The notes below the pieces were generated by a model. The model saw nothing but the letters and a program-made list of their open reading frames with translations. It was not told where the DNA came from and ran no database searches. Below are positions 18,182 to 27,762 of a stretch of 64,000 bases of DNA, in pieces; position 1 is the first letter of the stretch, and each line of letters opens with the position of its first letter. The stretch comes from Candidatus Falkowbacteria bacterium. GTDB lineage: Bacteria > Patescibacteriota > Patescibacteriia > Patescibacteriales > UBA12075. Location of the stretch: assembly GCA_003514005.1 (NCBI GenBank), contig DOSJ01000006.1, positions 2,281 through 66,280 of the forward strand, given 5' to 3'. The position numbers were made by a program, and so were the translations under genes.

Positions 18182-18215
18182 TTGACATTTATTCTGTTTG
18201 TGCTATTATTATAAT
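18182..18215 (+). promoter_or_regulatory. Promoter candidate for rplJ-rplL
   Basis: TTGACA (18182-18187), 16-nt spacer, TATTAT (18204-18209); a TATAAT follows at 18210-18215. Confidence 0.55.
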
Positions 18216-18385
18216 ACAATTTAAAAGACCGCAGAAAGCAGGCATATTTAGTTAAATATTACTAGATTTTAAGACCCGCCTAGGTAAAATTTTTTACAAC
18301 TGTTGGTTTTTTATAACCATTTTTTTATTGCCAAAAACTATAAATATTTAAACGAGGATTAATTATAAATCAAATAATAAACTAT
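18216..18385 (+). promoter_or_regulatory. Possible ribosomal-protein L10 leader (autoregulatory 5' UTR)
   Basis: About 170-nt untranslated leader between the promoter and rplJ, with GC-richer islands (GACCGCAGAAAGCAGGC, GACCCGCCTAGG) in an AT-rich context; position matches known L10 leaders; structure not verified. Confidence 0.3.
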
Positions 18386-18913
18386 ATGCCTAAGACAAAA
18401 TTACAAAAACAGGAGATCCTTAGAACAATTGAGGAAAAAATTAAAAAATCAAAATCAATCGTATTTGCAAAATTTGACGCGCTTGGAGTCAAGGACAATG
18501 AAGCTTTGCGCAGTAACCTAAAAAAATCAGACAGTGAATACTTAGTTGCCAAAAAAACTTTGCTTGATATCGCATTCAAAGACAAGGGGATAGAGAATCT
18601 AGAAATTAAAAATTTTGAAGGAAAGGTAGCCGCGATTTTCGCTTATGGCGATGAGGTTGCCCCGGCAAAAACAGTACATGATTTTAAAAAAGGCAAAGAA
18701 GAAAAAATCGATTTTGTCGGCGGTATCTTGGAAAACAAATTTTTAAGCAAGGAACAAGTAAGTGCCTTGGCATTATTGCCAAGCAAGAATGAGCTTTATG
18801 CCAAAATGGTCGGCTCGCTTAATGCTCCGATTTCCGGCTTCGTCAATGTCTTGGCCGGCAATTTGCGCAAGTTTGTTTATGTTTTAAAAGCAATTGAGGA
18901 GAAAAAGTTTTAA
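18386..18913 (+). CDS. rplJ: 50S ribosomal protein L10
   Basis: 175 aa; N-terminal KQEILRTIEEKIKKSKSIVFAKFDALGVKDNEALRSNLKK pattern; precedes rplL. Confidence 0.92.
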   Translation: MPKTKLQKQEILRTIEEKIKKSKSIVFAKFDALGVKDNEALRSNLKKSDSEYLVAKKTLLDIAFKDKGIENLEIKNFEGKVAAIFAYGDEVAPAKTVHDFKKGKEEKIDFVGGILENKFLSKEQVSALALLPSKNELYAKMVGSLNAPISGFVNVLAGNLRKFVYVLKAIEEKKF

Positions 18914-18951
18914 ATTATTGGTTCCTTTGATAATTTTATGGGTAAAAAATT

Positions 18952-19122
18952 TTGTCATTCCCGACACTCCATAGCCCCGCAGGGAATTGATATTAAATGA
19001 TCGGGAATCTTGGTATAAAAATAATAAAATAAGGATAAGATATAATGGTTTTATAACGAACATACGGTAAAAATATTTTATTATTAATAAACCAAGATTC
19101 CCGCCTTCGCGGGAATGACAAG
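18952..19122. mobile_element. Hairpin-module MITE-like element, copy C (long module 3 ... short module inverted)
   Basis: TTGTCATTCCCGACACTCC...GATCGGGAATC at the left, GATTCCCGCCTTCGCGGGAATGACAA at the right; sits between rplJ and rplL. Confidence 0.75.
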
Positions 19123-19251
19123 TGAGGAAAAAGTGTTTTATAAATAACCCCATAGAATTGCCACGATAACATAATTAATAATTAAATATAAATTAAGCTG
19201 ATTATATGTCGCGTTGTACACGTTCACATAATCCGCAGTAAATAAAAAAAT

Positions 19252-19656
19252 ATGACAGAAGAAAAAACCCCAGTAGAAATTCCGGCAAAATTCAAATCTT
19301 TGGTAGAAGAAATTGAAAAAATGTCCGTTTTGGACTTAGCGGAATTAGTAAAGATCTTAGAAGAAAAATTCGGCGTTTCCGCTGCCGCACCAGCCATGAT
19401 GATGGCAGGAGCACCAGCCGGCGCTGTTGCCGAAGTTGAAGAAAAAGACAGCTTTGATATCGAAATCACCGAAGCAGGAGCTAACAAGATCGCGGTTATT
19501 AAAGCCGTTCGCGTTGTTACTGAAATGGGCTTGAAAGAAGCCAAAGACTTGGTTGATGCCGCTCCAAAATTGGTTAAAGAGGGCGTAAAGAAAGAAGAAG
19601 CGGAAAAGATTAAAAAGCAATTGGAAGAAGCAGGCGCAAAAGTAACTTTAAAATAA
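19252..19656 (+). CDS. rplL: 50S ribosomal protein L7/L12
   Basis: 134 aa; Ala-rich hinge [15 protein letters not shown]; C-terminal [27 protein letters not shown]...[10 protein letters not shown]. Confidence 0.95.
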   Translation: MTEEKTPVEIPAKFKSLVEEIEKMSVLDLAELVKILEEKFGVSAAAPAMMMAGAPAGAVAEVEEKDSFDIEITEAGANKIAVIKAVRVVTEMGLKEAKDLVDAAPKLVKEGVKKEEAEKIKKQLEEAGAKVTLK

Positions 19657-19676
19657 TCACTTTTTCGACTCAAGAA

Positions 19677-19710
19677 AACAGGCAAATATCTAATTTGCCT
19701 GTTTTTTTAT
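19677..19710 (+). terminator. Rho-independent terminator after rplL
   Basis: AACAGGCAAAT (19677-19687) pairs with ATTTGCCTGTT (19693-19703), 5-nt loop, followed by TTTTTAT. Confidence 0.8.
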
Positions 19711-19744
19711 TGTTTTTTTCTGAAAAATTAGTTAAGATTATAGC

Positions 19745-21214
19745 ATGGTAAATATTTATAAAATTCGAATATTCTTGTGGATTATCTTGTTTTGCGTAGT
19801 TGCTTTTTTTTCGTATCAAGCAATAGTTCCCGGAGGGAAGATTACTTATGATTATGATTTTGAAAACGAAAGCTTTTTTATCAGCAAACTAAGCCCGAAT
19901 GAAAGATTGGCATCAATAAACAGTGGTATTAATAATAAAATCGTTGGAAATCCGGTATATTTCAATTTGCGAACGCCGCGTGCTTTTGACCGAGCCGATC
20001 TTTTTGTAAAATATAAAAACCTGGCCAATGCGCCACTAATCGAGGCCGGAGTATTGGCAGATAAAAAGATTTGGCGTTATGATTTAAAGCCCTTGGAAAA
20101 CCGCTTACTTGATCGTTTGTCTTTAGTTTGGGATGTGAAAAAGGATGGTGAGCTGATATTACTAAGCAATCCCGAAACCGCGAATTCGGATACACAATTC
20201 AAAAGCGTTGGCGAGTTTATCGCCTCGAAAGAGCATAAAGGCGGGGTTGCCGAGTATAATTATGAGCTAAAAAATGATTTTATTTTGCCTTACCACCAGC
20301 CTGATGATACTATAAATAAAATCGTTTTTCCGGAAATTTTAGGTTCATACCAATTTTATGTATATTTAAAAAATGAAGATTTGGATTTTAATTTTGACTT
20401 AGTTGACCTAAACCGAAATTCCGATGCGGACGATGTTCAACTTTATCTTTATTATAACAATCAGTTGATTGATTCCCGTCATCTAGATGATGACGGCATT
20501 GCAATTGATAATAAACAAGAAAGCAAAATTCATTCGCTTGAAATTAAGCAAGCGAATCTGCCGGAAGGAGTATATAAAATCGAGCTTAAAGCAAATAACG
20601 ATATTTTGACCAAAAAAATCACAACAAAACAAACTAAAATCGCTTTTATTAATAAATTGGAGTTGTATAAAACTGAGAAAAAAGACCGCGAAATATTTAC
20701 AGACAGCCGCGAAGTTCAATTTACGACTGTAAATCCAGAAAGCTTACAAACTATTTTGATCGGTGATTCCGGGCTTGTGATCAACGAAACTTATCGACAA
20801 TTCAAGCAAGTATCAGTATCCAGCACTACGCCGGCTTTAATAAAAATCGCGAAAGACGGAATAATTGTCAGCGGTGACGGTTTGTTCAGTTTTAGCAAAT
20901 CGGCATTTTTCAATCCCAAAATAAAAAAAGCGGATATGCATTTGGATGTTCAGAAAGAAGGGATAAATTATGTGATCGCAAAATATGATTTCCCGGAAGA
21001 GGTTGGGGAATGGAGCACTCAAACCGTATCCTTTGATATCAGCCGCGCTTATCGTGAGAACGGAAAATATGGTTTCATAATATCCGTTCCTGGTCTTGAC
21101 GATATTTCCAGCGACGGGATTGTTTTGGATGAAATAAAAATCAGCCTAAGCGGAAAAAGTCTTTGGGAAAAGATACGAGAAATAATAAATCAAAAATATG
21201 CTAAAAAAGATTAA
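19745..21214 (+). CDS. N-terminally anchored extracytoplasmic protein, function unknown
   Basis: 489-aa ORF; [24 protein letters not shown]; no motif recognised. Confidence 0.65.
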
Positions 21215-21401
21215 TCTGCAAGCCTTGATAAGAGAACTATTCTATGTGTTTACAGGCGCTTTTTTAATTTTCTTTGCAATGGAACTATTTTTTCCCGGCA
21301 TAATTTTGGCTTATGTTAACCTAAATTTTGTATTGATTTTATGGTTAATGACTGGTATAATATTAGTGTTATCCAAAAAGAATAATGATGTGGCAGATTA
21401 A
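21198..21401 (+). CDS. Small two-TM membrane protein (hypothetical)
   Basis: 67 aa; 17-nt overlap with the upstream gene suggests coupling; two hydrophobic helices. Confidence 0.4.
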
Positions 21402-21472
21402 TATTATTAACATAAATCCAGGGCTTCACGCAACATTTCCTTTGCCGCGCTGTGGCTATGGTATAAAAACCT

Positions 21473-21925
21473 ATGATAAAAGGTGTAATAATTAAAGACA
21501 TAACAACTTATGGAGATGAACGTGGGTGGGTTGCGGAAATATTTCGAAATGACGAAACTGATTTTCAGCCTGTAATGACTTATGTAAGCATGACAAACAA
21601 TAACGTTGTTAGAGGTCCTCATGAACATTTAGATCAAACCGATTATTTTGTTTTTTGCGGTCCAGGAACATTTGAAGTGCATCTTTGGGATCGGCGTGAA
21701 GATTCAGAAACAAAAGGCGAATACGTAAAAATAGTTGCCGGAGAAAATGAACCAAAAACAATCATTGTTCCTAACGGCGTGGTTCATGGTTACAAATGTA
21801 TTTCCGAAACTCCTGGTTTATCTATAAATCTGCCAGACAAACTTTGGAAAGGAAAAAACAAAACCGAAGAAGTTGATGAAATAAGATGGGAAAAAGACAT
21901 AAACTCACCATATAAAATAATATAA
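21473..21925 (+). CDS. RmlC-like cupin (dTDP-4-dehydrorhamnose 3,5-epimerase-related, short form)
   Basis: 150 aa; YGDERGWVAEIFR and VRGPHEH resemble RmlC-family motifs; sits in a locus with rmlD and rmlA. Confidence 0.65.
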   Translation: MIKGVIIKDITTYGDERGWVAEIFRNDETDFQPVMTYVSMTNNNVVRGPHEHLDQTDYFVFCGPGTFEVHLWDRREDSETKGEYVKIVAGENEPKTIIVPNGVVHGYKCISETPGLSINLPDKLWKGKNKTEEVDEIRWEKDINSPYKII

Positions 21926-22010
21926 TAAATTAATCAATAAATTAAAAATTTTAAATTTTAACAATTAAAATTGATTAGAAATTTAAAATTTAAAATTTAA
22001 AATTAAAAAA

Positions 22011-22415
22011 ATGGATTGTATTTTTTGCAAAATCATTGCTAGTGATATTCCTAGCTACAAAGTTTATGAAGATGACATGGTTTACGCATTTTTTGATATT
22101 CTGCCAATCAGCCAAGGACACACAATTATTGTATCAAAAAAACACGTAGCGGACATTGAGGGTTTGTCCGAAGAAGAGCTAAGCGCCATGACAAAAGCAG
22201 TCAAAAAAATCGGTAAGGCAATGATTGAAGGGCTAGGTGTAAAAGGCTATAGCGTATTTTTGGACAACAAAAGCGCCGCAAACCAACATGTTCCGCACGT
22301 CCATTTTCACCTGGTACCACGCGCCGAAGGCGACGGTCTCGAACGCTGGCCGCAATCCGGTTACGGCGAAGGCGAGGCTGAGTTCTGCTTGAAAAAAGTT
22401 CAATCAAAATTATAG
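22011..22415 (+). CDS. HIT (histidine triad) family protein, paralog 1
   Basis: 134 aa; MDCIFCKII...; HVPHVHFHLVPR is the HxHxHxx triad. Confidence 0.9.
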   Translation: MDCIFCKIIASDIPSYKVYEDDMVYAFFDILPISQGHTIIVSKKHVADIEGLSEEELSAMTKAVKKIGKAMIEGLGVKGYSVFLDNKSAANQHVPHVHFHLVPRAEGDGLERWPQSGYGEGEAEFCLKKVQSKL

Positions 22416-22418
22416 TAT

Positions 22419-22457
22419 TCCGCGGATTTACGCGAATTAGAACGCGGATAGACGCGG
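22419..22457 (+). repeat. CGCGGA-unit phased repeat, copy 1
   Basis: CCGCGGATTTACGCGAATTAGAACGCGGATAGACGCGGA; CGCG cores spaced 10-12 nt; the 15-mer CGCGGATAGACGCGG recurs inverted at 35819-35833. Confidence 0.55.
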
Positions 22458-22466
22458 AAAAAAAAT

Positions 22467-22874
22467 ATGGATTGTTTATTTTGTAAAATTGTAAACAAAG
22501 AAATTCCTTGTCATAAAGTTTTTGAAGATGATAAGGTTTTGGCTTTTTTGGATATTGCGCCGGTTAATCCGGGGCATGTGCTGGTTATTCCAAAAAATCA
22601 TTACCAAAATCTGGAAGAAATTCCGGAACAAGAGCTATGTTCTTTGATTATTATTGTGAAAAAAATCGGAAAACTAATAAAAGAAAATCTTGGTTATGAG
22701 GGTTATAATGTATCGGAAAATAATGATCCTGTTGCAGGGCAAGTGATACCGCATATCCATTTTCATATAATTCCACGCAAGAACGGAGACGGTTTTGAAC
22801 TATGGAAGCAGGGGAAATACCTGCCAGGCGAGGCGGAGGAGGTTTTAAAAAAAATAAATAATATGGTTCTTTAA
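22467..22874 (+). CDS. HIT (histidine triad) family protein, paralog 2
   Basis: 135 aa; MDCLFCKIV...; VIPHIHFHIIPR triad. Confidence 0.9.
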   Translation: MDCLFCKIVNKEIPCHKVFEDDKVLAFLDIAPVNPGHVLVIPKNHYQNLEEIPEQELCSLIIIVKKIGKLIKENLGYEGYNVSENNDPVAGQVIPHIHFHIIPRKNGDGFELWKQGKYLPGEAEEVLKKINNMVL

Positions 22875-23136
22875 CTTATTTTGTAGATACACCACATCCG
22901 TATCGGACTAAACTAAAAGTTAATTTGAAATTTGAAATTTTTAATTTTTAATAAATTTTAAAATATTAATTTTTATTTACTTTTAAGTAACATCTATTTC
23001 TTGAAGTTGCATATTTGAAAATTTCAAATTAAAAATTCAATAAAAATTATAAATTATAAATTTAAAATTAGATTAGCGCAACAATAAAATACTATCTTAA
23101 TCAATAATTATTTCAAAAGAATCTAAATATAATATA

Positions 23137-24021
23137 ATGAAAATCTTAATTATCGGCGCCAAGGGAAATCTTGGCGGACAATTGCAAATAGTTTTTCAAG
23201 ACCAAGAAGTTTTTGCTTGGGATAGGGATGATATCGATATTACCGACAAAGAACAAATTGATATTAAAATAGACAAGTTGAAGCCCGATATCATAATCAA
23301 TGCCGCGGCGTATAATGCGGTTGACAAATGCGAGATTGATAATGCGGAATTCAAATTGGCGAAAATGTTGAATGGTACAGCGGTTGGCTATCTGGCTGAT
23401 GCGGCTATTCGAAATAAATCTTTGTTTATACATTTTTCAACTGACCACGTTTTTAGCGGGCATAACCCAGCCAGACAATTGGAAGCAAAGCTTAATGGCG
23501 GTTTTGCGGAAGATGACGAAACCGCCACACTCAATCGTTATTCCGAGAGTAAGCTCTTGGGTGAAAAAGAAATTTTAAAAAGAGAAACCAAAGGTTTAGA
23601 GTATTATATTGTCCGCTTGTCTCTACTTTTTGGGCCAAAAGGTGAAAGCCCTGAATCAAAGCCAAGTTTTTTTGATTTGATGCTTGCGTTAAGCAACAAA
23701 CAAGAAGAGCTAACAGTGGTTTATGATGAAGTTAGTTGTTTTACCTATTCGCCGGATTTGGCGCAAACAGTAAAAAAAATAGTATTTGACAAAATGCCTT
23801 TTGGAATTTACCATATAACAAATTCCGGACAAGCTAGCTGGTATGACGGCGCTCGCGAATACTTTAATCTGCTGAATTCAGATGTCCGCATCAAGCCCGT
23901 AAGCGGCGCTATTTTCCATCGTCCGGCAAAACGTCCGTCTTTCAGCGCACTGAAAAATACCAAGCTGGAGCCTTTGCGAGATTACAAAGATGCATTAAAG
24001 GATTATTTAAAATTAAAATAA
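23137..24021 (+). CDS. rfbD: dTDP-4-dehydrorhamnose reductase
   Basis: 294 aa; MKILIIGAKGNLGG Rossmann motif, STDHVFSG, YSESKLLGE (YxxxK). Confidence 0.85.
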   Translation: MKILIIGAKGNLGGQLQIVFQDQEVFAWDRDDIDITDKEQIDIKIDKLKPDIIINAAAYNAVDKCEIDNAEFKLAKMLNGTAVGYLADAAIRNKSLFIHFSTDHVFSGHNPARQLEAKLNGGFAEDDETATLNRYSESKLLGEKEILKRETKGLEYYIVRLSLLFGPKGESPESKPSFFDLMLALSNKQEELTVVYDEVSCFTYSPDLAQTVKKIVFDKMPFGIYHITNSGQASWYDGAREYFNLLNSDVRIKPVSGAIFHRPAKRPSFSALKNTKLEPLRDYKDALKDYLKLK

Positions 24022-24044
24022 ATTTAACAAATAATTTTTGATTT

Positions 24045-24842
24045 ATGAAAGGAATTATATTAGCTGGGGGGACCGCAACGCGGCTTTTTCCCTTGACAAC
24101 GACAACGAGCAAGCAATTATTACCGATTTATGATCGGCAGATGATTTTTTATCCTTTGAATGTTTTAATCAAAGCCGGAATAAAAGAAATCTTGATAATA
24201 GTTTCGCCGGAACATTCCGGACAATTTTTAAATCTGCTTGGATCTTTGTTTGAAAAGTATGGAATAAATATTGAATTTAAAGTTCAGCCGATACCGCGCG
24301 GGCTTGCGGATGCCTTTATAGTTGGAGAAAAATTTATTGGTATGGATAATGTGACTATGATTTTGGGTGACAATATCTTTGAGGATGATTTTTCAGATGA
24401 TATAAGCGGATTTAAGTCAGGAGCAAAAGTATTTGCCGTAAAAGTACCTGACCCTGAAAGATCTGGTGTTATTGTTTTTGATAATAATATGCGCGCAATT
24501 AAAATCGTTGAAAAACCCAAAGATTGGATATCTGATTATATTATCCCCGGCTTATACATTTATGACAATCGTGTATGTAATATTGCTAAAACCGTCAAAC
24601 CAAGCGATAGGTCTGAATTAGAAATCGTCGATCTGCATAATTGGTATCTAAAAAGGGGTGAGCTGGAAGTCGGCATGGTAAAAGGTGCTTGGTTAGATGC
24701 AGGAACTTTTGATTCTTTACTCGAAGCAAATATCATCGTAAAAGAAAAAAATATTTATAAACATTTTGATCCGTTGGTTGATGAAGCAATCAAGGAATTT
24801 AATATCCAATTAAAAGAATTAGCAAAAAAAAGATTATCATAG
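24045..24842 (+). CDS. rfbA: Glucose-1-phosphate thymidylyltransferase-like nucleotidyltransferase (short form)
   Basis: 265 aa; MKGIILAGGTATRLFPLTTTTSKQLLPIYDRQMIFYPL, RGLADAF, LGDNIF. Confidence 0.85.
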   Translation: MKGIILAGGTATRLFPLTTTTSKQLLPIYDRQMIFYPLNVLIKAGIKEILIIVSPEHSGQFLNLLGSLFEKYGINIEFKVQPIPRGLADAFIVGEKFIGMDNVTMILGDNIFEDDFSDDISGFKSGAKVFAVKVPDPERSGVIVFDNNMRAIKIVEKPKDWISDYIIPGLYIYDNRVCNIAKTVKPSDRSELEIVDLHNWYLKRGELEVGMVKGAWLDAGTFDSLLEANIIVKEKNIYKHFDPLVDEAIKEFNIQLKELAKKRLS

Positions 24843-24851
24843 GTATTTACT

Positions 24852-25805
24852 ATGGAAAAAAAGAAACTTTACATTGGATTTATTACTTATAGCAAAGAGG
24901 CAATGGCATATTTGCCGTATTTTTTAGATTCATTATTCAATCAGAATATAACAAATTTTGAGACATTGGCAGTTGATGGCAATGAAGATGGAACAGATAG
25001 AAATATCAAATTATTAAATAAATATCCGCAAATAAAAATTATTAGTAAAGGAAAAAATCTCGGTTTTGGAAAAAGCTTCAATCTAATGATTAATGACGCG
25101 CAAAAAAATGGAGCGGAATATTTTATGGTTTTAAATCCTGACACAATACTTGAATCTGATTGTGTTAATAATTTACTAACTGCTATCAAAAATGACAATA
25201 ATTTAGCATCAGTCAGCCCAAAGATTTATAAATGGAATTTTGTACCGGATAAATCAAATGAAAAAACAAATATTATCGATTCATTCGGCATAGTTTTAAA
25301 AACCGGTTTAAGATTTTTTGACTTAGGACAAGGGCAGATTGACCATGGACAATACGAAAATGCAAAAATTTTTGGACCGAGCGGAGCGGCGGCCATGTAC
25401 CGGATGAGCGCATTGGAAAAAGTTAAGTTTAACAATCAGTACTTTGATGAACTGATGTTTATGTACAAAGAGGACTGTGACTTGGCTTATCGCTTATTTT
25501 TGGCAGGTTACTCATCCGCCTTAGTTACAACTGCAAAAATGTATCATGACAGGACTGTGAGCGGAAAAGGTGATGGTAATATTTTAATTGCATTGAACAG
25601 AAGAAATAAAAGCAGAAAAGCCAAAAAATGGTCATTGTTTCATCAGCTGATTATTATAAAAAAATATTGGAGATTGCAAAATACAATAAACAAAATTTCT
25701 ATTTTGAAACATGTATTTTTAATGTTTATTTTTTCCTTAATATTCGAGCAATATCTTTTGATTTATTTTTTTAAAATTTTTAGGACAAAAGTAAATAAGT
25801 ATTAA
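24852..25805 (+). CDS. Glycosyltransferase family 2
   Basis: 317 aa; GT-A pattern (VDGNEDGT, GFGKSFN, LNPDT, MYKEDCDL); C-terminal TM. Confidence 0.8.
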   Translation: MEKKKLYIGFITYSKEAMAYLPYFLDSLFNQNITNFETLAVDGNEDGTDRNIKLLNKYPQIKIISKGKNLGFGKSFNLMINDAQKNGAEYFMVLNPDTILESDCVNNLLTAIKNDNNLASVSPKIYKWNFVPDKSNEKTNIIDSFGIVLKTGLRFFDLGQGQIDHGQYENAKIFGPSGAAAMYRMSALEKVKFNNQYFDELMFMYKEDCDLAYRLFLAGYSSALVTTAKMYHDRTVSGKGDGNILIALNRRNKSRKAKKWSLFHQLIIIKKYWRLQNTINKISILKHVFLMFIFSLIFEQYLLIYFFKIFRTKVNKY

Positions 25806-25807
25806 AT

Positions 25808-26671
25808 ATGCGACTATCAATCATAACCGTATCTTGGAACGTAGAAAAAAAGCTTGAAGAAAGCTTAAGAGCTATTTTTTCTTCAACAGGACTTACTCCT
25901 GACGAATTTGAAGTGATTGTTATAGACAATCACTCAAAAGATAAAACCGTAGAAATGATTAAGCGAAAATTTTTGCGTGTAAACTTGATTGCAAATAAAA
26001 AAAATCTCGGCTTTGCCAAGGCCAATAACCAGGGAATCGGACAAGCGCATGGCCAATATATCCTTTTATTAAACCCTGACATGCTTGTGCGTTCGGATAC
26101 TTTGAGGAAAATGATTGATTGGATGGAAAAAAATCCGCAGGCCAGCGTCGCGGGATGCCATTTGCAAAATGAAAAAGGGGAAACAATCAAGCATGTGCGC
26201 AATTTTCCGACATTATGGGATCAAGCGGCAATCATATTAAAGCTTCCTCATATCTTTCCAAATATTTTGAAAAAATATATTCCCGAAGATTTTGATTATA
26301 ATAAGGCGGCAAAAGTTGACTCGATTCGTGGCGGATTTTTCATGGTACGGGCAAAACGCCATATCCCTTTTTGGCTGGATGAACGCTATTTTATTTGGTT
26401 TGAAGAAGTCGACTTTTGTTTGCAGATAAAAAATATCGGTGAAGAAGTTTGGTATACGCCGGTTGCGGAGTGCACAGACTATGTCGGTCAAAGTTTTAAT
26501 CAAGTAAATAGTCTAAAAAAACAAAAATATTTTCGTGATTCCATGCTAAAATATTTTAAAAAATGGCATCCATCTTGGCAATATTGGCTACTGAGATTTT
26601 TATGGCCAATTGGCTTTTTATTAACTTGTATTGCTGAAAATCTTAGATTCAAAAGCAGAGGCAAAACCTAA
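25808..26671 (+). CDS. Glycosyltransferase family 2
   Basis: 287 aa; LSIITVSWN, VIDNHSKDKT, LGFAKANNQG, LLNPDM, EEVDFC. Confidence 0.85.
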   Translation: MRLSIITVSWNVEKKLEESLRAIFSSTGLTPDEFEVIVIDNHSKDKTVEMIKRKFLRVNLIANKKNLGFAKANNQGIGQAHGQYILLLNPDMLVRSDTLRKMIDWMEKNPQASVAGCHLQNEKGETIKHVRNFPTLWDQAAIILKLPHIFPNILKKYIPEDFDYNKAAKVDSIRGGFFMVRAKRHIPFWLDERYFIWFEEVDFCLQIKNIGEEVWYTPVAECTDYVGQSFNQVNSLKKQKYFRDSMLKYFKKWHPSWQYWLLRFLWPIGFLLTCIAENLRFKSRGKT

Positions 26672-26677
26672 AATACT

Positions 26678-27733
26678 ATGTTTAAAAAAGTTGCAATAAT
26701 TATTTCACCAAACTACAAGGACTATGCGGAAAAATTTTTGCCAGACTGCATCAAGAGCATTCGTGAACAGGATTATTCGGGAGATATAAAAATATTTATT
26801 ACCGATAATGAAACGTCGCCAACCAGCGTTTTGTTGCTAAAAAAATTAGCGCCGGATGCCGAGCTTGTTCTAAATATTCATAACGATGGTTTTGCAAAAG
26901 GTTGTAACGACAGCATGCGCTTGGCGCTTAGTCAGGGGTTTGATTATATTTTTTTAGTAAGCATCCATTCAATTTTGGAAAAAAACTGTGTAAGCGAATT
27001 GGTAAAATTACTGGAAAGTGATAAAAAGATTGGTGTTGCGCAAGCGCGCATGATGTTGTATGGTGATACAGATATAGTAGCGAGCCTGGGAAACGAAACG
27101 CATTTTTTAGGTTTTGGATTTTCGAGCGGTTATAAAAAAAGATGGGAAAATCAAAATATTATTTCAAAAGATGTTTTTTATACCTCAGGGGCTTCCATGA
27201 TGTTTCCGCGAGAAGCATTAATAAAAGTCGGATTATTTGATGAAGAATATTGGATGTATAATGAAGACCAAGAACTGCCATGGCGTCTGTGCCTAAACGG
27301 CTGGCGAGCCGTTGTCGCGCTTAATGCGGTTGCCGTAACCAAATACAACTTTAAGAGATCAATCAAACAAACTTATTGGATGGATCGCAATCGAATAATT
27401 TCAATTATAATTTGTTATAAAATAAAAACACTAATCTTGATTCTTCCCGCGTTTATAATCATGGAAATCGGTCAACTTTTTTTTGCTTGGAAAAATAAAT
27501 GGTTAAAAGACAAGTTGAGGGTTTATTTATATTTTCTAAATCCAAAAACCTGGGCTTATTTAATTTCAGCTAGGCATCGAAATCAAAGCTTGCGAATAAT
27601 AAAAGATAAAGAAATCTGCAAAATGATTACCGGAGTAATCGATCACCAAGAATTTAATGATTGGAAATTACGATTAATTAATCCGTTTTTTAATTTTTAC
27701 TGGAAGACGATAAAATTTATTATGTTTTGGTAA
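26678..27733 (+). CDS. Glycosyltransferase family 2 with C-terminal membrane segment
   Basis: 351 aa; ITDNETS, GFAKGCN, YNEDQEL; TM near residue 250. Confidence 0.8.
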   Translation: MFKKVAIIISPNYKDYAEKFLPDCIKSIREQDYSGDIKIFITDNETSPTSVLLLKKLAPDAELVLNIHNDGFAKGCNDSMRLALSQGFDYIFLVSIHSILEKNCVSELVKLLESDKKIGVAQARMMLYGDTDIVASLGNETHFLGFGFSSGYKKRWENQNIISKDVFYTSGASMMFPREALIKVGLFDEEYWMYNEDQELPWRLCLNGWRAVVALNAVAVTKYNFKRSIKQTYWMDRNRIISIIICYKIKTLILILPAFIIMEIGQLFFAWKNKWLKDKLRVYLYFLNPKTWAYLISARHRNQSLRIIKDKEICKMITGVIDHQEFNDWKLRLINPFFNFYWKTIKFIMFW

Positions 27734-27762
27734 TCAATGTATTGGGATATATAAAAACTTTT

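Noticed and set aside
19224-19685. 153-aa minus-strand ORF (Ala/Ser/Thr-rich) covering the whole of rplL
   Set aside because: It is a shadow ORF antisense to a confidently identified L7/L12 gene. It has low-complexity composition and no start context.
21926-22010. AAATTTAAAATTTAAAATT-type periodic AT tracts, considered as a tandem repeat or mini CRISPR-like array (also 22875-23136)
   Set aside because: This is low-complexity AT-rich spacer DNA with imperfect short periodicity. There is no repeat-spacer organisation and no conserved unit longer than about 8 nt.
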